Positions 22,338 through 37,700 of a stretch of 64,000 nucleotides of DNA are shown here, piece after piece. Position numbers and translations under genes: made by a program. This stretch comes from Auanema rhodensis (Eukaryota; Animalia; Nematoda). The notes under the pieces were generated by a model that was not told the DNA's origin, searched no databases, and was given only the letters and a program-made list of their open reading frames with translations. Position 1 is the first letter of the stretch. Every line of letters begins with the position of its first letter. Location of the stretch: assembly GCA_964057225.1 (NCBI GenBank), contig OZ059895.1, positions 23,312,001-23,376,000 on the forward strand, in the 5' to 3' direction.

Positions 22338-25300
22338 AATGATCTGTGTTATCAGATTTGCGCTAGCTTAAAAATGCACCGAGATATCAACTGATATAAG
22401 TTCACACTTATATCCTCGATTTTCACCCTGAAGAATTAATTTTTTCGTTGAATAACAATGTCCATCGTCTTTGCCTTGAAAAAAGAAATCTAAAAACATC
22501 TACTTTTTGCTAAATTATTTTGAAATTTTTCGAAAAAATTTTTGTCAAAATGTTTTTGGAAGCAATGTTGAGTGTACATGGAAACTCAACATACACTAAT
22601 GCATCATTTTTCAAACGATCATAACTAATTTTTGTATTAAGCGTTTCTCAATGTAGTATAGTGCATTCGATGCAGATTTTTAAGCTGCGTCGATCTGTGT
22701 TATCAGATTTGCGCTAGCTTAGAAATGCACCGAGATATCAACTGATATATGTTCACACTTATATCCTCGATTTTCACCCTGAAGAATTAATTTTTTCGTT
22801 GAATAACAATGTCCATCGTCTTTGCCTTGAAAAAAGGAATCTAAAAACATCTACTTTTTGCTAAATTATTCTGAAATTTTTCGAAAAAATTTTTGTCAAA
22901 ATGTTTTTGGAAGCAATGTTGAGTGTACATGGAAACTCAACATACACTAATGCATCATTTTTCAAACGATCATAACTAATTTTTGTATTAAGCGTTTCTC
23001 AATGTAGTATAGTGCATTCGATGCGGATTTTTAAGCTGCGTCGATCTGTGTTATCAGATTTGCGCTAGCTTAAAAATGCACCGAGATATCAACTGATATA
23101 TGTTCACACTTATATCCTCGATTTTCACCCTGAAGAATTAATTTTTTCGTTGAATAACAATGTTCATCGTCTTTGCCTTGAAAAAAGGAATCTAAAAACA
23201 TCTACTTTTTGCTAAATTATTTTGAGATTTTTCGAAAAAATTTTTGTCAAAATGTTTTTGGAAGCAATGTTGAGTGTACATGGAAACTCAACATACACTA
23301 ATGCATCATTTTTCAAACGATCATAACTAATTTTTGTATTAAGCGTTTCTCAATGTAGTATAGTGAATTCGATGCGGATTTTTAAGCTGCGTCGATCTGT
23401 GTTATCAGATTTGCGCTAGCTTAAAAATGCACCGAGATATCAACTGATATAAGTTCACACTTATATCCTCGATTTTCACCCTGAAGAATTAATTTTTTCG
23501 TTGAATAACAATGTTCATCGTCTTTGCTTTGAAAAAAGGAATCTAAAAACATCTACTTTTTGCTAAATTATTTTGTTAATTTTTCGAAAAAATTTTTGTC
23601 AAAATGTTTTTGGAAGCAATGTTGAGTGTACATGGAAACTCAACATACACTAATGCATCATTTTTCAAACGATCATAACTAATTTTTGTATCAAGCGTTT
23701 CTCAATGTAGTATAGTGCATTCGATGCGGATTTTTAAGCTGCGTCGATCTGTGTTATCAGATTTGCGCTAGCTTAAAAATGCACCGAGATATCAACTGAT
23801 ATAAGTTCACACTTATATCCTCGATTTTCACCCTGAAGAATTAATTTTTTCGTTGAATAACAATGTCCATCGTCTTTGCCTTGAAAAAAGAAATCTAAAA
23901 ACATCTACTTTTTGCTAAATTATTTTGAAATTTTTCGAAAAAATTTTTGTCAAAATGTTTTTAGAAGCAATGTTGAGTGTACATGGAAACTCAACATACA
24001 CTAATGCATCATTTTTCAAACGATCATAACTAATTTTTGTATTAAGCGTTTCTCAATGTAGTATAGTGCATTCGATGCGGATTTTTAAGCTGCAATGATC
24101 TGTGTTATCAGATTTGCGCTAGCTTAAAAATGCACCGAGATATCAACTGATATAAGTTCACACTTATATCCTCGATTTTCACCCTGAAGAATTAATTTTT
24201 TCGTTGAATAACAATGTCCATCGTCTTTGCCTTGGAAAAAGAAATCTAAAAACATCTACTTTTTGCTAAATTATTTTGAAATTTTTCGAAAAAATTTTTG
24301 TCAAAATGTTTTTGGAAGCAATGTTGAGTGTACATGGAAACTCAACATACACTAATGCATCATTTTTCAAACGATCATAACTAATTTTTGTATTAAGCGT
24401 TTCTCAATGTAGTATAGTGCATTCGATGCAGATTTTTAAGCTGCGTCGATCTGTGTTATCAGATTTGCGCTAGCTTAGAAATGCACCGAGATATCAACTG
24501 ATATATGTTCACACTTATATCCTCGATTTTCACCCTGAAGAATTAATTTTTTCGTTGAATAACAATGTCCATCGTCTTTGCCTTGAAAAAAGGAATCTAA
24601 AAACATCTACTTTTTGCTAAATTATTTTGAAATTTTTCGAAAAAATTTTTGTCAAAATGTTTTTGGAAGCAATGTTGAGTGTACATGGAAACTCAACATA
24701 CACTAATGCATCATTTTTCAAACGATCATAACTAATTTTTGTATTAAGCGTTTCTCAATGTAGTATAGTGCATTCGATGCGGATTTTTAAGCTGCGTCGA
24801 TCTGTGTTATCAGATTTGCGCTAGCTTAAAAATGCACCGAGATATCAACTGATATATGTTCACACTTATATCCTCGATTTTCACCCTGAAGAATTAATTT
24901 TTTCGTTGAATAACAATGTTCATCGTCTTTGCCTTGAAAAAAGGAATCTAAAAACATCTACTTTTTGCTAAATTATTTTGAAATTTTTCGAAAAAATTTT
25001 TGTCAAAATGTTTTTGGAAGCAATGTTGAGTGTACATGGAAACTCAACATACACTAATGCATCATTTTTCAAACGATCATAACTAATTTTTGTATTAAGC
25101 GTTTCTCAATGTAGTATAGTGCATTCGATGCGGATTTTTAAGCTGCGTCGATCTGTGTTATCAGATTTGCGCTAGCTTAAAAATGCACCGAGATATCAAC
25201 TGATATAAGTTCACACTTATATCCTCGATTTTCACCCTGAAGAATTAATTTTTTCGTTGAATAACAATGTTCATCGTCTTTGCCTTGAAAAAAGGAATCT

Positions 25301-28300
25301 AAAAACATCTACTTTTTGCTAAATTATTTTGAAATTTTTCGAAAAAATTTTTGTCAAAATGTTTTTGGAAGCAATGTTGAGTGTACATGGAAACTCAACA
25401 TACACTAATGCATCATTTTTCAAACGATCATAACTAATTTTTGTATTAAGCGTTTCTCAATGTAGTATAGTGCATTCGATGCGGATTTTTAAGCTGCGTC
25501 GATCTGTGTTATCAGATTTGCGCTAGCTTAAAAATGCACCGAGATATCAACTGATATAAGTTCACACTTATATCCTCGATTTTCACCCTGAAGAATTAAT
25601 TTTTTCGTTGAATAACAATGTTCATCGTCTTTGCCTTGAAAAAAGGAATCTAAAAACATCTACTTTTTGCTAAATTATTTTGAAAATTTTCGAAAAAATT
25701 TTTGTCAAAATGTTTTTAGAAGCAATGTTGAGTGTACATGGAAACTCAACATACACTAATGCATCATTTTTCAAACGATCATAACTAATTTTTGTATTAA
25801 GCGTTTTTCAATGTAGTATAGTGCATTCGATGCGGATTTTTAAGCTGCAATGATCTGTGTTATCAGATTTGCGCTAGCTTAAAAATGCACCGAGATATCA
25901 ACTGATATAAGTTCACACTTATATCCTCGATTTTCACCCTGAAGAATTAATTTTTTCGTTGAATAACAATGTCCATCGTCTTTGCCTTGAAAAAAGAAAT
26001 CTAAAAACATCTACTTTTTGCTAAATTATTTTGAAATTTTTCGAAAAAATTTTTGTCAAAATGTTTTTGGAAGCAATGTTGAGTGTACATGGAAACTCAA
26101 CATACACTAATGCATCATTTTTCAAACGATCATAACTAATTTTTGTATTAAGCGTTTCTCAATGTAGTATAGTGCATTCGATGCAGATTTTTAAGCTGCG
26201 TCGATCTGTGTTATCAGATTTGCGCTAGCTTAGAAATGCACCGAGATATCAACTGATATATGTTCACACTTATATCCTCGATTTTCACCCTGAAGAATTA
26301 ATTTTTTCGTTGAATAACAATGTCCATCGTCTTTGCCTTGAAAAAAGGAATCTAAAAACATCTACTTTTTGCTAAATTATTTTGAAATTTTTCGAAAAAA
26401 TTTTTGTCAAAATGTTTTTGGAAGCAATGTTGAGTGTACATGGAAACTCAACATACACTAATGCATCATTTTTCAAACGATCATAACTAATTTTTGTATT
26501 AAGCGTTTCTCAATGTAGTATAGTGCATTCGATGCGGATTTTTAAGCTGCGTCGATCTGTGTTATCAGATTTGCGCTAGCTTAAAAATGCACCGAGATAT
26601 CAACTGATATATGTTCACACTTATATCCTCGATTTTCACCCTGAAGAATTAATTTTTTCGTTGAATAACAATGTTCATCGTCTTTGCCTTGAAAAAAGGA
26701 ATCTAAAAACATCTACTTTTTGCTAAATTATTTTGAAATTTTTCGAAAAAATTTTTGTCAAAATGTTTTTGGAAGCAATGTTGAGTGTACATGGAAACTC
26801 AACATACACTAATGCATCATTTTTCAAACGATCATAACTAATTTTTGTATTAAGCGTTTCTCAATGTAGTATAGTGCATTCGATGCGGATTTTTAAGCTG
26901 CGTCGATCTGTGTTATCAGATTTGCGCTAGCTTAAAAATGCACCGAGATATCAACTGATATAAGTTCACACTTATATCCTCGATTTTCACCCTGAAGAAT
27001 TAATTTTTTCGTTGAATAACAATGTCCATCGTCTTTGCCTTGGAAAAAGAAATCTAAAAACATCTACTTTTTGCTAAATTATTTTGAAATTTTTCGAAAA
27101 AATTTTTGTCAAAATGTTTTTGGAAGCAATGTTGAGTGTACATGGAAACTCAACATACACTAATGCATCATTTTTCAAACGATCATAACTAATTTTTGTA
27201 TTAAGCGTTTCTCAATGTAGTATAGTGCATTCGATGCAGATTTTTAAGCTGCGTCGATCTGTGTTATCAGATTTGCGCTAGCTTAGAAATGCACCGAGAT
27301 ATCAACTGATATATGTTCACACTTATATCCTCGATTTTCACCCTGAAGAATTAATTTTTTCGTTGAATAACAATGTCCATCGTCTTTGCCTTGAAAAAAG
27401 GAATCTAAAAACATCTACTTTTTGCTAAATTATTTTGAAATTTTTCGAAAAAATTTTTGTCAAAATGTTTTTGGAAGCAATGTTGAGTGTACATGGAAAC
27501 TCAACATACACTAATGCATCATTTTTCAAACGATCATAACTAATTTTTGTATTAAGCGTTTCTCAATGTAGTATAGTGCATTCGATGCGGATTTTTAAGC
27601 TGCGTCGATCTGTGTTATCAGATTTGCGCTAGCTTAAAAATGCACCGAGATATCAACTGATATATGTTCACACTTATATCCTCGATTTTCACCCTGAAGA
27701 ATTAATTTTTTCGTTGAATACCAATGTTCATCGTCTTTGCCTTGAAAAAAGGAATCTAAAAACATCTACTTTTTGCTAAATTATTTTGAAATTTTTCGAA
27801 AAAATTTTTGTCAAAATGTTTTTGGAAGCAATGTTGAGTGTACATGGAAACTCAACATACACTAATGCATCATTTTTCAAACGATCATAACTAATTTTTG
27901 TATTAAGCGTTTCTCAATGTAGTATAGTGCATTCGATGCGGATTTTTAAGCTGCGTCGATCTGTGTTATCAGATTTGCGCTAGCTTAAAAATGCCCCGAG
28001 ATATCAACTGATATAAGTTCACACTTATATCCTCGATTTTCACCCTGAAGAATTAATTTTTTCGTTGAATAACAATGTCCATCGTCTTTGCCTTGAAAAA
28101 AGAAATCTAAAAACATCTACTTTTTGCTAAATTATTTTGAAATTTTTCGAAAAAATTTTTGTCAAAATGTTTTTGGAAGCAATGTTGAGTGTACATGGAA
28201 ACTCAACATACACTAATGCATCATTTTTCAAACGATCATAACTAATTTTTGTATTAAGCGTTTCTCAATGTAGTATAGTGCATTCGATGCAGATTTTTAA

Positions 28301-31300
28301 GCTGCGTCGATCTGTGTTATCAGATTTGCGCTAGCTTAAAAATGCACCGAGATATCAACTGATATAAGTTCACACTTATATCCTCGATTTTCACCCTGAA
28401 GAATTAATTTTTTCGTTGAATAACAATGTTCATCGTCTTTGCCTTGAAAAAAGGAATCTAAAAACATCTACTTTTTGCTAAATTATTTTGAAATTTTTCG
28501 AAAAAATTTTTGTCAAAATGTTTTTGGAAGCAATGTTGAGTGTACATGGAAACTCAACATACACTAATGCATCATTTTTCAAACGATCATAACTAATTTT
28601 TGTATTAAGCGTTTCTCAATGTAGTATAGTGCATTCGATGCGGATTTTTAAGCTGCGTCGATCTGTGTTATCAGATTTGCGCTAGCTTAAAAATGCACCG
28701 AGATATCAACTGATATAAGTTCACACTTATATCCTCGATTTTCACCCTGAAGAATTAATTTTTTCGTTGAATAACAATGTCCATCGTCTTTGCCTTGAAA
28801 AAAGAAATCTAAAAACATCTACTTTTTGCTAAATTATTTTGAAATTTTTCGAAAAAATTTTTGTCAAAATGTTTTTGGAAGCAATGTTGAGTGTACATGG
28901 AAACTCAACATACACTAATGCATCATTTTTCAAACGATCATAACTAATTTTTGTATTAAGCGTTTCTCAATGTAGTATAGTGCATTCGATGCGGATTTTT
29001 AAGCTGCGTCGATCTGTGTTATCAGATTTGCGCTAGCTTAAAAATGCACCGAGATATCAACTGATATATGTTCACACTTATATCCTCAATTTTCACCCTG
29101 AAGAATTAATTTTTTCGTTGAATAACAATGTCCATCGTCTTTGCCTTGAAAAAAGGAATCTAAAAACATCTACTTTTTGCTAAATTATTTTGAAATTTTT
29201 CGAAAAAATTTTTGTCAAAATGTTTTTGGAAGCAATGTTGAGTGTACATGGAAACTCAACATACACTAATGCATCATTTTTCAAACGATCATAACTAATT
29301 TTTGTATTAAGCGTTTCTCAATGTAGTATAGTGCATTCGATGCAGATTTTTAAGCTGCGTCGATCTGTGTTATCAGATTTGCGCTAGCTTAAAAATGCAC
29401 CGAGATATCAACTGATATAAGTTCACACTTATATCCTCGATTTTCACCCTGAAGAATTAATTTTTTCGTTGAATAACAATGTCCATCGTCTTTGCCTTGA
29501 AAAAAGAAATCTAAAAACATCTACTTTTTGCTAAATTATTTTGAAATTTTTCGAAAAAATTTTTGTCAAAATGTTTTTGGAAGCAATGTTGAGTGTACAT
29601 GGAAACTCAACATACACTAATGCATCATTTTTCAAACGATCATAACTAATTTTTGTATTAAGCGTTTCTCAATGTAGTATAGTGCATTCGATGCGGATTT
29701 TTAAGCTGCGTCGATCTGTGTTATCAGATTTGCGCTAGCTTAAAAATGCACCGAGATATCAACTGATATATGTTCACACTTATATCCTCAATTTTCACCC
29801 TGAAGAATTAATTTTTTCGTTGAATAACAATGTCCATCGTCTTTGCCTTGAAAAAAGGAATCTAAAAACATCTACTTTTTGCTAAATTATTTTGAAATTT
29901 TTCGAAAAAATTTTTGTCAAAATGTTTTTGGAAGCAATGTTGAGTGTACATGGAAACTCAACATACACTAATGCATCATTTTTCAAACGATCATAACTAA
30001 TTTTTGTATTAAGCGTTTCTCAATGTAGTATAGTGCATTCGATGCAGATTTTTAAGCTGCGTCGATCTGTGTTATCAGATTTGCGCTAGCTTAAAAATGC
30101 ACCGAGATATCAACTGATATAAGTTCACACTTATATCCTCGATTTTCACCCTGAAGAATTAATTTTTTCGTTGAATAACAATGTTCATCGTCTTTGCCTT
30201 GAAAAAAGGAATCTAAAAACATCTACTTTTTGCTAAATTATTTTGAAATTTTTCGAAAAAATTTTTGTCAAAATGTTTTTGGAAGCAATGTTGAGTGTAC
30301 ATGGAAACTCAACATACACTAATGCATCATTTTTCAAACGATCATAACTAATTTTTGTATTAAGCGTTTCTCAATGTAGTATAGTGCATTCGATGCGGAT
30401 TTTTAAGCTGCGTCGATCTGTGTTATCAGATTTGCGCTAGCTTAAAAATGCACCGAGATATCAACTGATATAAGTTCACACTTATATCCTCGATTTTCAC
30501 CCTGAAGAATTAATTTTTTCGTTGAATAACAATGTCCATCGTCTTTGCCTTGAAAAAAGAAATCTAAAAACATCTACTTTTTGCTAAATTATTTTGAAAT
30601 TTTTCGAAAAAATTTTTGTCAAAATGTTTTTGGAAGCAATGTTGAGTGTACATGGAAACTCAACATACACTAATGCATCATTTTTCAAACGATCATAACT
30701 AATTTTTGTATTAAGCGTTTCTCAATGTAGTATAGTGCATTCGATGCGGATTTTTAAGCTGCGTCGATCTGTGTTATCAGATTTGCGCTAGCTTAAAAAT
30801 GCACCGAGATATCAACTGATATATGTTCACACTTATATCCTCAATTTTCACCCTGAAGAATTAATTTTTTCGTTGAATAACAATGTCCATCGTCTTTGCC
30901 TTGAAAAAAGGAATCTAAAAACATCTACTTTTTGCTAAATTATTTTGAAATTTTTCGAAAAAATTTTTGTCAAAATGTTTTTGGAAGCAATGTTGAGTGT
31001 ACATGGAAACTCAACATACACTAATGCATCATTTTTCAAACGATCATAACTAATTTTTGTATTAAGCGTTTCTCAATGTAGTATAGTGCATTCGATGCAG
31101 ATTTTTAAGCTGCGTCGATCTGTGTTATCAGATTTGCGCTAGCTTAAAAATGCACCGAGATATCAACTGATATAAGTTCACACTTATATCCTCGATTTTC
31201 ACCCTGAAGAATTAATTTTTTCGTTGAATAACAATGTTCATCGTCTTTGCCTTGAAAAAAGGAATCTAAAAACATCTACTTTTTGCTAAATTATTTTGAA

Positions 31301-34300
31301 ATTTTTCGAAAAAATTTTTGTCAAAATGTTTTTGGAAGCAATGTTGAGTGTACATGGAAACTCAACATACACTAATGCATCATTTTTCAAACGATCATAA
31401 CTAATTTTTGTATTAAGCGTTTCTCAATGTAGTATAGTGCATTCGATGCAGATTTTTAAGCTGCGTCGATCTGTGTTATCAGATTTGCGCTAGCTTGAAA
31501 ATGCACCGAGATATCAACTGATATAAGTTCACACTTATATCCTCGATTTTCACCCTGAAGAATTAATTTTTTCGTTGAATAACAATGTTCATCGTCTTTG
31601 CCTTGAAAAAAGGAATCTAAAAACATCTACTTTTTGCTAAATTATTTTGAAATTTTTCGAAAAAATTTTTGTCAAAATGTTTTTGGAAGCAATGTTGAGT
31701 GTACATGGAAACTCAACATACACTAATGCATCATTTTTCAAACGATCATAACTAATTTTTGTATTAAGCGTTTCTCAATGTAGTATAGTGCATTCGATGC
31801 GGATTTTTAAGCTGCGTCGATCTGTGTTATCAGATTTGCGCTAGCTTAAAAATGCACCGAGATATCAACTGATATAAGTTCACACTTATATCCTCGATTT
31901 TCACCCTGAAGAATTAATTTTTTCGTTGAATAACAATGTCCATCGTCTTTGCCTTGAAAAAAGAAATCTAAAAACATCTACTTTTTGCTAAATTATTTTG
32001 AAATTTTTCGAAAAAATTTTTGTCAAAATGTTTTTGGAAGCAATGTTGAGTGTACATGGAAACTCAACATACACTAATGCATCATTTTTCAAACGATCAT
32101 AACTAATTTTTGTATTAAGCGTTTCTCAATGTAGTATAGTGCATTCGATGCGGATTTTTAAGCTGCGTCGATCTGTGTTATCAGATTTGCGCTAGCTTAG
32201 AAATGCACCGAGATATCAACTGATATAAGTTCACACTTATATCCTCGATTTTCACCCTGAAGAATTAATTTTTTCGTTGAATAACAATGTCCATCGTCTT
32301 TGCCTTGAAAAAAGGAATCTAAAAACATCTACTTTTTGCTAAATTATTTTGAAATTTTTCGAAAAAATTTTTGTCAAAATGTTTTTGGAAGCAATGTTGA
32401 GTGTACATGGAAACTCAACATACACTAATGCATCATTTTTCAAACGATCATAACTAATTTTTGTATTAAGCGTTTCTCAATGTAGTATAGTGCATTCGAT
32501 GCAGATTTTTAAGCTGCGTCGATCTGTGTTATCAGATTTGCGCTAGCTTAAAAATGCACCGAGATATCAACTGATATAAGTTCACACTTATATCCTCGAT
32601 TTTCACCCTGAAGAATTAATTTTTTCGTTGAATAACAATGTTCATCGTCTTTGCCTTGAAAAAAGGAATCTAAAAACATCTACTTTTTGCTAAATTATTT
32701 TGAAATTTTTCGAAAAAATTTTTGTCAAAATGTTTTTGGAAGCAATGTTGAGTGTACATGGAAACTCAACATACACTAATGCATCATTTTTCAAACGATC
32801 ATAACTAATTTTTGTATTAAGCGTTTCTCAATGTAGTATAGTGCATTCGATGCGGATTTTTAAGCTGCGTCGATCTGTGTTATCAGATTTGCGCTAGCTT
32901 AAAAATGCACCGAGATATCAACTGATATAAGTTCACACTTATATCCTCGATTTTCACCCTGAAGAATTAATTTTTTCGTTGAATAACAATGTCCATCGTC
33001 TTTGCCTTGAAAAAAGAAATCTAAAAACATCTACTTTTTGCTAAATTATTTTGAAATTTTTCGAAAAAATTTTTGTCAAAATGTTTTTGGAAGCAATGTT
33101 GAGTGTACATGGAAACTCAACATACACTAATGCATCATTTTTCAAACGATCTTAACTAATTTTTGTATTAAGCGTTTCTCAATGTAGTATAGTGCATTCG
33201 ATGCGGATTTTTAAGCTGCGTCGATCTGTGTTATCAGATTTGCGCTAGCTTAGAAATGCACCGAGATATCAACTGATATAAGTTCACACTTATATCCTCG
33301 ATTTTCACCCTGAAGAATTAATTTTTTCGTTGAATAACAATGTCCATCGTCTTTGCCTTGAAAAAAGAAATCTAAAAACATCTACTTTTTGCTAAATTAT
33401 TTTGAAATTTTTCGAAAAAATTTTTGTCAAAATGTTTTTGGAAGCAATGTTGAGTGTACATGGAAACTCAACATACACTAATGCATCATTTTTCAAACGA
33501 TCATAACTAATTTTTGTATTAAGCGTTTCTCAATGTAGTATAGTGCATTCGATGCGGATTTTTAAGCTGCGTCGATCTGTGTTATCAGATTTGCGCTAGC
33601 TTAAAAATGCACCGAGATATCAACTGATATATGTTCACACTTATATCCTCGATTTTCACCCTGAAGAATTAATTTTTTCGTTGAATAACAATGTCCATCG
33701 TCTTTGCCTTGAAAAAAGGAATCTAAAAACATCTACTTTTTGCTAAATTATTTTGAAATTTTTCGAAAAAATTTTTGTCAAAATGTTTTTGGAAGCAATG
33801 TTGAGTGTACATGGAAACTCAACATACACTAATGCATCATTTTTCAAACGATCATAACTAATTTTTGTATTAAGCGTTTCTCAATGTAGTATAGTGCATT
33901 CGATGCGGATTTTTAAGCTGCGTCGATCTGTGTTATCAGATTTGCGCTAGCTTAAAAATGCACCGAGATATCAACTGATATAAGTTCACACTTATATCCT
34001 CGATTTTCACCCTGAAGAATTAATTTTTTCGTTGAATAACAATGTCCATCGTCTTTGCCTTGAAAAAAGAAATCTAAAAACATCTACTTTTTGCTAAATT
34101 ATTTTGAAATTTTTCGAAAAAATTTTTGTCAAAATGTTTTTGGAAGCAATGTTGAGTGTACATGGAAACTCAACATACACTAATGCATCATTTTTCAAAC
34201 GATCATAACTAATTTTTGTATTAAGCGTTTCTCAATGTAGTATAGTGCATTCGATGCGGATTTTTAAGCTGCGTCGATCTGTGTTATCAGATTTGCGCTA

Positions 34301-34754
34301 GCTTAAAAATGCACCGAGATATCAACTGATATATGTTCACACTTATATCCTCGATTTTCACCCTGAAGAATTAATTTTTTCGTTGAATAACAATGTCCAT
34401 CGTCTTTGCCTTGAAAAAAGGAATCTAAAAACATCTACTTTTTGCTAAATTATTTTGAAATTTTTCGAAAAAATTTTTGTCAAAATGTTTTTGGAAGCAA
34501 TGTTGAGTGTACATGGAAACTCAACATACACTAATGCATCATTTTTCAAACGATCATAACTAATTTTTGTATTAAGCGTTTCTCAATGTAGTATAGTGCA
34601 TTCGATGCGGATTTTTAAGCTGCGTCGATCTGTGTTATCAGATTTGTGCTAGCTTAAAAATGCACCGAGATATCAACTGATATAAGTTCACACTTATATC
34701 CTCGATTTTCACCCTGAAGAATTAATTTTTTCGTTGAATAACAATGTCCATCGT

Positions 34755-37700
34755 CTTTGCCTTGAAAAAAGAAATCTAAAAACATCTACTTTTTGCTAAA
34801 TTATTTTGAAATTTTTCGAAAAAATTTTTGTCAAAATGTTTTTGGAAGCAATGTTGAGTGTACATGGAAACTCAACATACACTAATGCATCATTTTTCAA
34901 ACGATCATAACTAATTTTTGTATTAAGCGTTTCTCAATGTAGTATAGTGCATTCGATGCAGATTTTTAAGCTGCGTCGATCTGTGTTATCAGATTTGCGC
35001 TAGCTTGAAAATGCACCGAGATATCAACTGATATAAGTTCACACTTATATCCTCGATTTTCACCCTGAAGAACTAATTTTTTCGTTGAATAACAATGTTC
35101 ATCGTCTTTGCCTTGAAAAAAGGAATCTAAAAACATCTACTTTTTGCTAAATTATTTTGAAATTTTTCGAAAAAATTTTTGTCAAAATGTTTTTGGAAGC
35201 AATGTTGAGTGTACATGGAAACTCAACATACACTAATGCATCATTTTTCAAACGATCATAACTAATTTTTGTATTAAGCGTTTCTCAATGTAGTATAGTG
35301 CATTCGATGCGGATTTTTAAGCTGCGTCGATCTGTGTTATCAGATTTGCTCTAGCTTAAAAATGCACCGAGATATCAACTGATATAAGTTCACACTTATA
35401 TCCTCGATTTTCACCCTGAAGAATTAATTTTTTCGTTGAATAACAATGTCCATCGTCTTTGCCTTGAAAAAAGAAATCTAAAAACATCTACTTTTTGCTA
35501 AATTATTTTGAAATTTTTCGAAAAAATTTTTGTCAAAATGTTTTTGGAAGCAATGTTGAGTGTACATGGAAACTCAACATACACTAATGCATCATTTTTC
35601 AAACGATCATAACTAATTTTTGTATTAAGCGTTTCTCAATGTAGTATAGTGCATTCGATGCGGATTTTTAAGCTGCGTCGATCTGTGTTATCAGATTTGC
35701 GCTAGCTTAAAAATGCACCGAGATATCAACTGATATAAGTTCACACTTATATCCTCGATTTTCACCCCGAAGAATTAATTTTTTCGTTGAATAACAATGT
35801 CCATCGTCTTTGCCTTGAAAAAAGAAATCTAAAAACATCTACTTTTTGCTAAATTATTTTGAAATTTTTCGAAAAAATTTTTGTCAAAATGTTTTTGGAA
35901 GCAATGTTGAGTGTACATGGAAACTCAACATACACTAATGCATCATTTTTCAAACGATCATAACTAATTTTTGTATTAAGCGTTTCTCAATGTAGTATAG
36001 TGCATTCGATGCGGATTTTTAAGCTGCGTCGATCTGTGTTATCAGATTTGCGCTAGCTTAAAAATGCACCGAGATATCAACTGATATAAGTTCACACTTA
36101 TATCCTCGATTTTCACCCTGAAGAATTAATTTTTTCGTTGAATAACAATGTCCATCGTCTTTGCCTTGAAAAAAGAAATCTAAAAACATCTACTTTTTGC
36201 TAAATTATTTTGAAATTTTTCGAAAAAATTTTTGTCAAAATGTTTTTGGAAGCAATGTTGAGTGTACATGGAAACTCAACATACACTAATGCATCATTTT
36301 TCAAACGATCATAACTAATTTTTGTATTAAGCGTTTCTCAATGTAGTATAGTGCATTCGATGCGGATTTTTAAGCTGCGTCGATCTGTGTTATCAGATTT
36401 GCGCTAGCTTAAAAATGCACCGAGATATCAACTGATATATGTTCACACTTATATCCTCGATTTTCACCCTGAAGAATTAATTTTTTCGTTGAATAACAAT
36501 GTCCATCGTCTTTGCCTTGAAAAAAGGAATCTAAAAACATCTACTTTTTGCTAAATTATTTTGAAATTTTTCGAAAAAATTTTTGTCAAAATGTTTTTGG
36601 AAGCAATGTTGAGTGTACATGGAAACTCAACATACACTAATGCATCATTTTTCAAACGATCATAACTAATTTTTGTATTAAGCGTTTCTCAATGTAGTAT
36701 AGTGCATTCGATGCGGATTTTTAAGCTGCGTCGATCTGTGTTATCAGATTTGCGCTAGCTTAAAAATGCACCGAGATATCAACTGATATAAGTTCACACT
36801 TATATCCTCGATTTTCACCCTGAAGAATTAATTTTTTCGTTGAATAACAATGTCCATCGTCTTTGCCTTGAAAAAAGAAATCTAAAAACATCTACTTTTT
36901 GCTAAATTATTTTGAAATTTTTCGAAAAAATTTTTGTCAAAATGTTTTTGGAAGCAATGTTGAGTGTACATGGAAACTCAACATACACTAATGCATCATT
37001 TTTCAAACGATCATAACTAATTTTTGTATTAAGCGTTTCTCAATGTAGTATAGTGCATTCGATGCAGATTTTTAAGCTGCGTCGATCTGTGTTATCAGAT
37101 TTGCGCTAGCTTGAAAATGCACCGAGATATCAACTGATATAAGTTCACACTTATATCCTCGATTTTCACCCTGAAGAACTAATTTTTTCGTTGAATAACA
37201 ATGTTCATCGTCTTTGCCTTGAAAAAAGGAATCTAAAAACATCTACTTTTTGCTAAATTATTTTGAAATTTTTCGAAAAAATTTTTGTCAAAATGTTTTT
37301 GGAAGCAATGTTGAGTGTACATGGAAACTCAACATACACTAATGCATCATTTTTCAAACGATCATAACTAATTTTTGTATTAAGCGTTTCTCAATGTAGT
37401 ATAGTGCATTCGATGCGGATTTTTAAGCTGCGTCGATCTGTGTTATCAGATTTGCTCTAGCTTAAAAATGCACCGAGATATCAACTGATATAAGTTCACA
37501 CTTATATCCTCGATTTTCACCCTGAAGAATTAATTTTTTCGTTGAATAACAATGTCCATCGTCTTTGCCTTGAAAAAAGAAATCTAAAAACATCTACTTT
37601 TTGCTAAATTATTTTGAAATTTTTCGAAAAAATTTTTGTCAAAATGTTTTTGGAAGCAATGTTGAGTGTACATGGAAACTCAACATACACTAATGCATCA

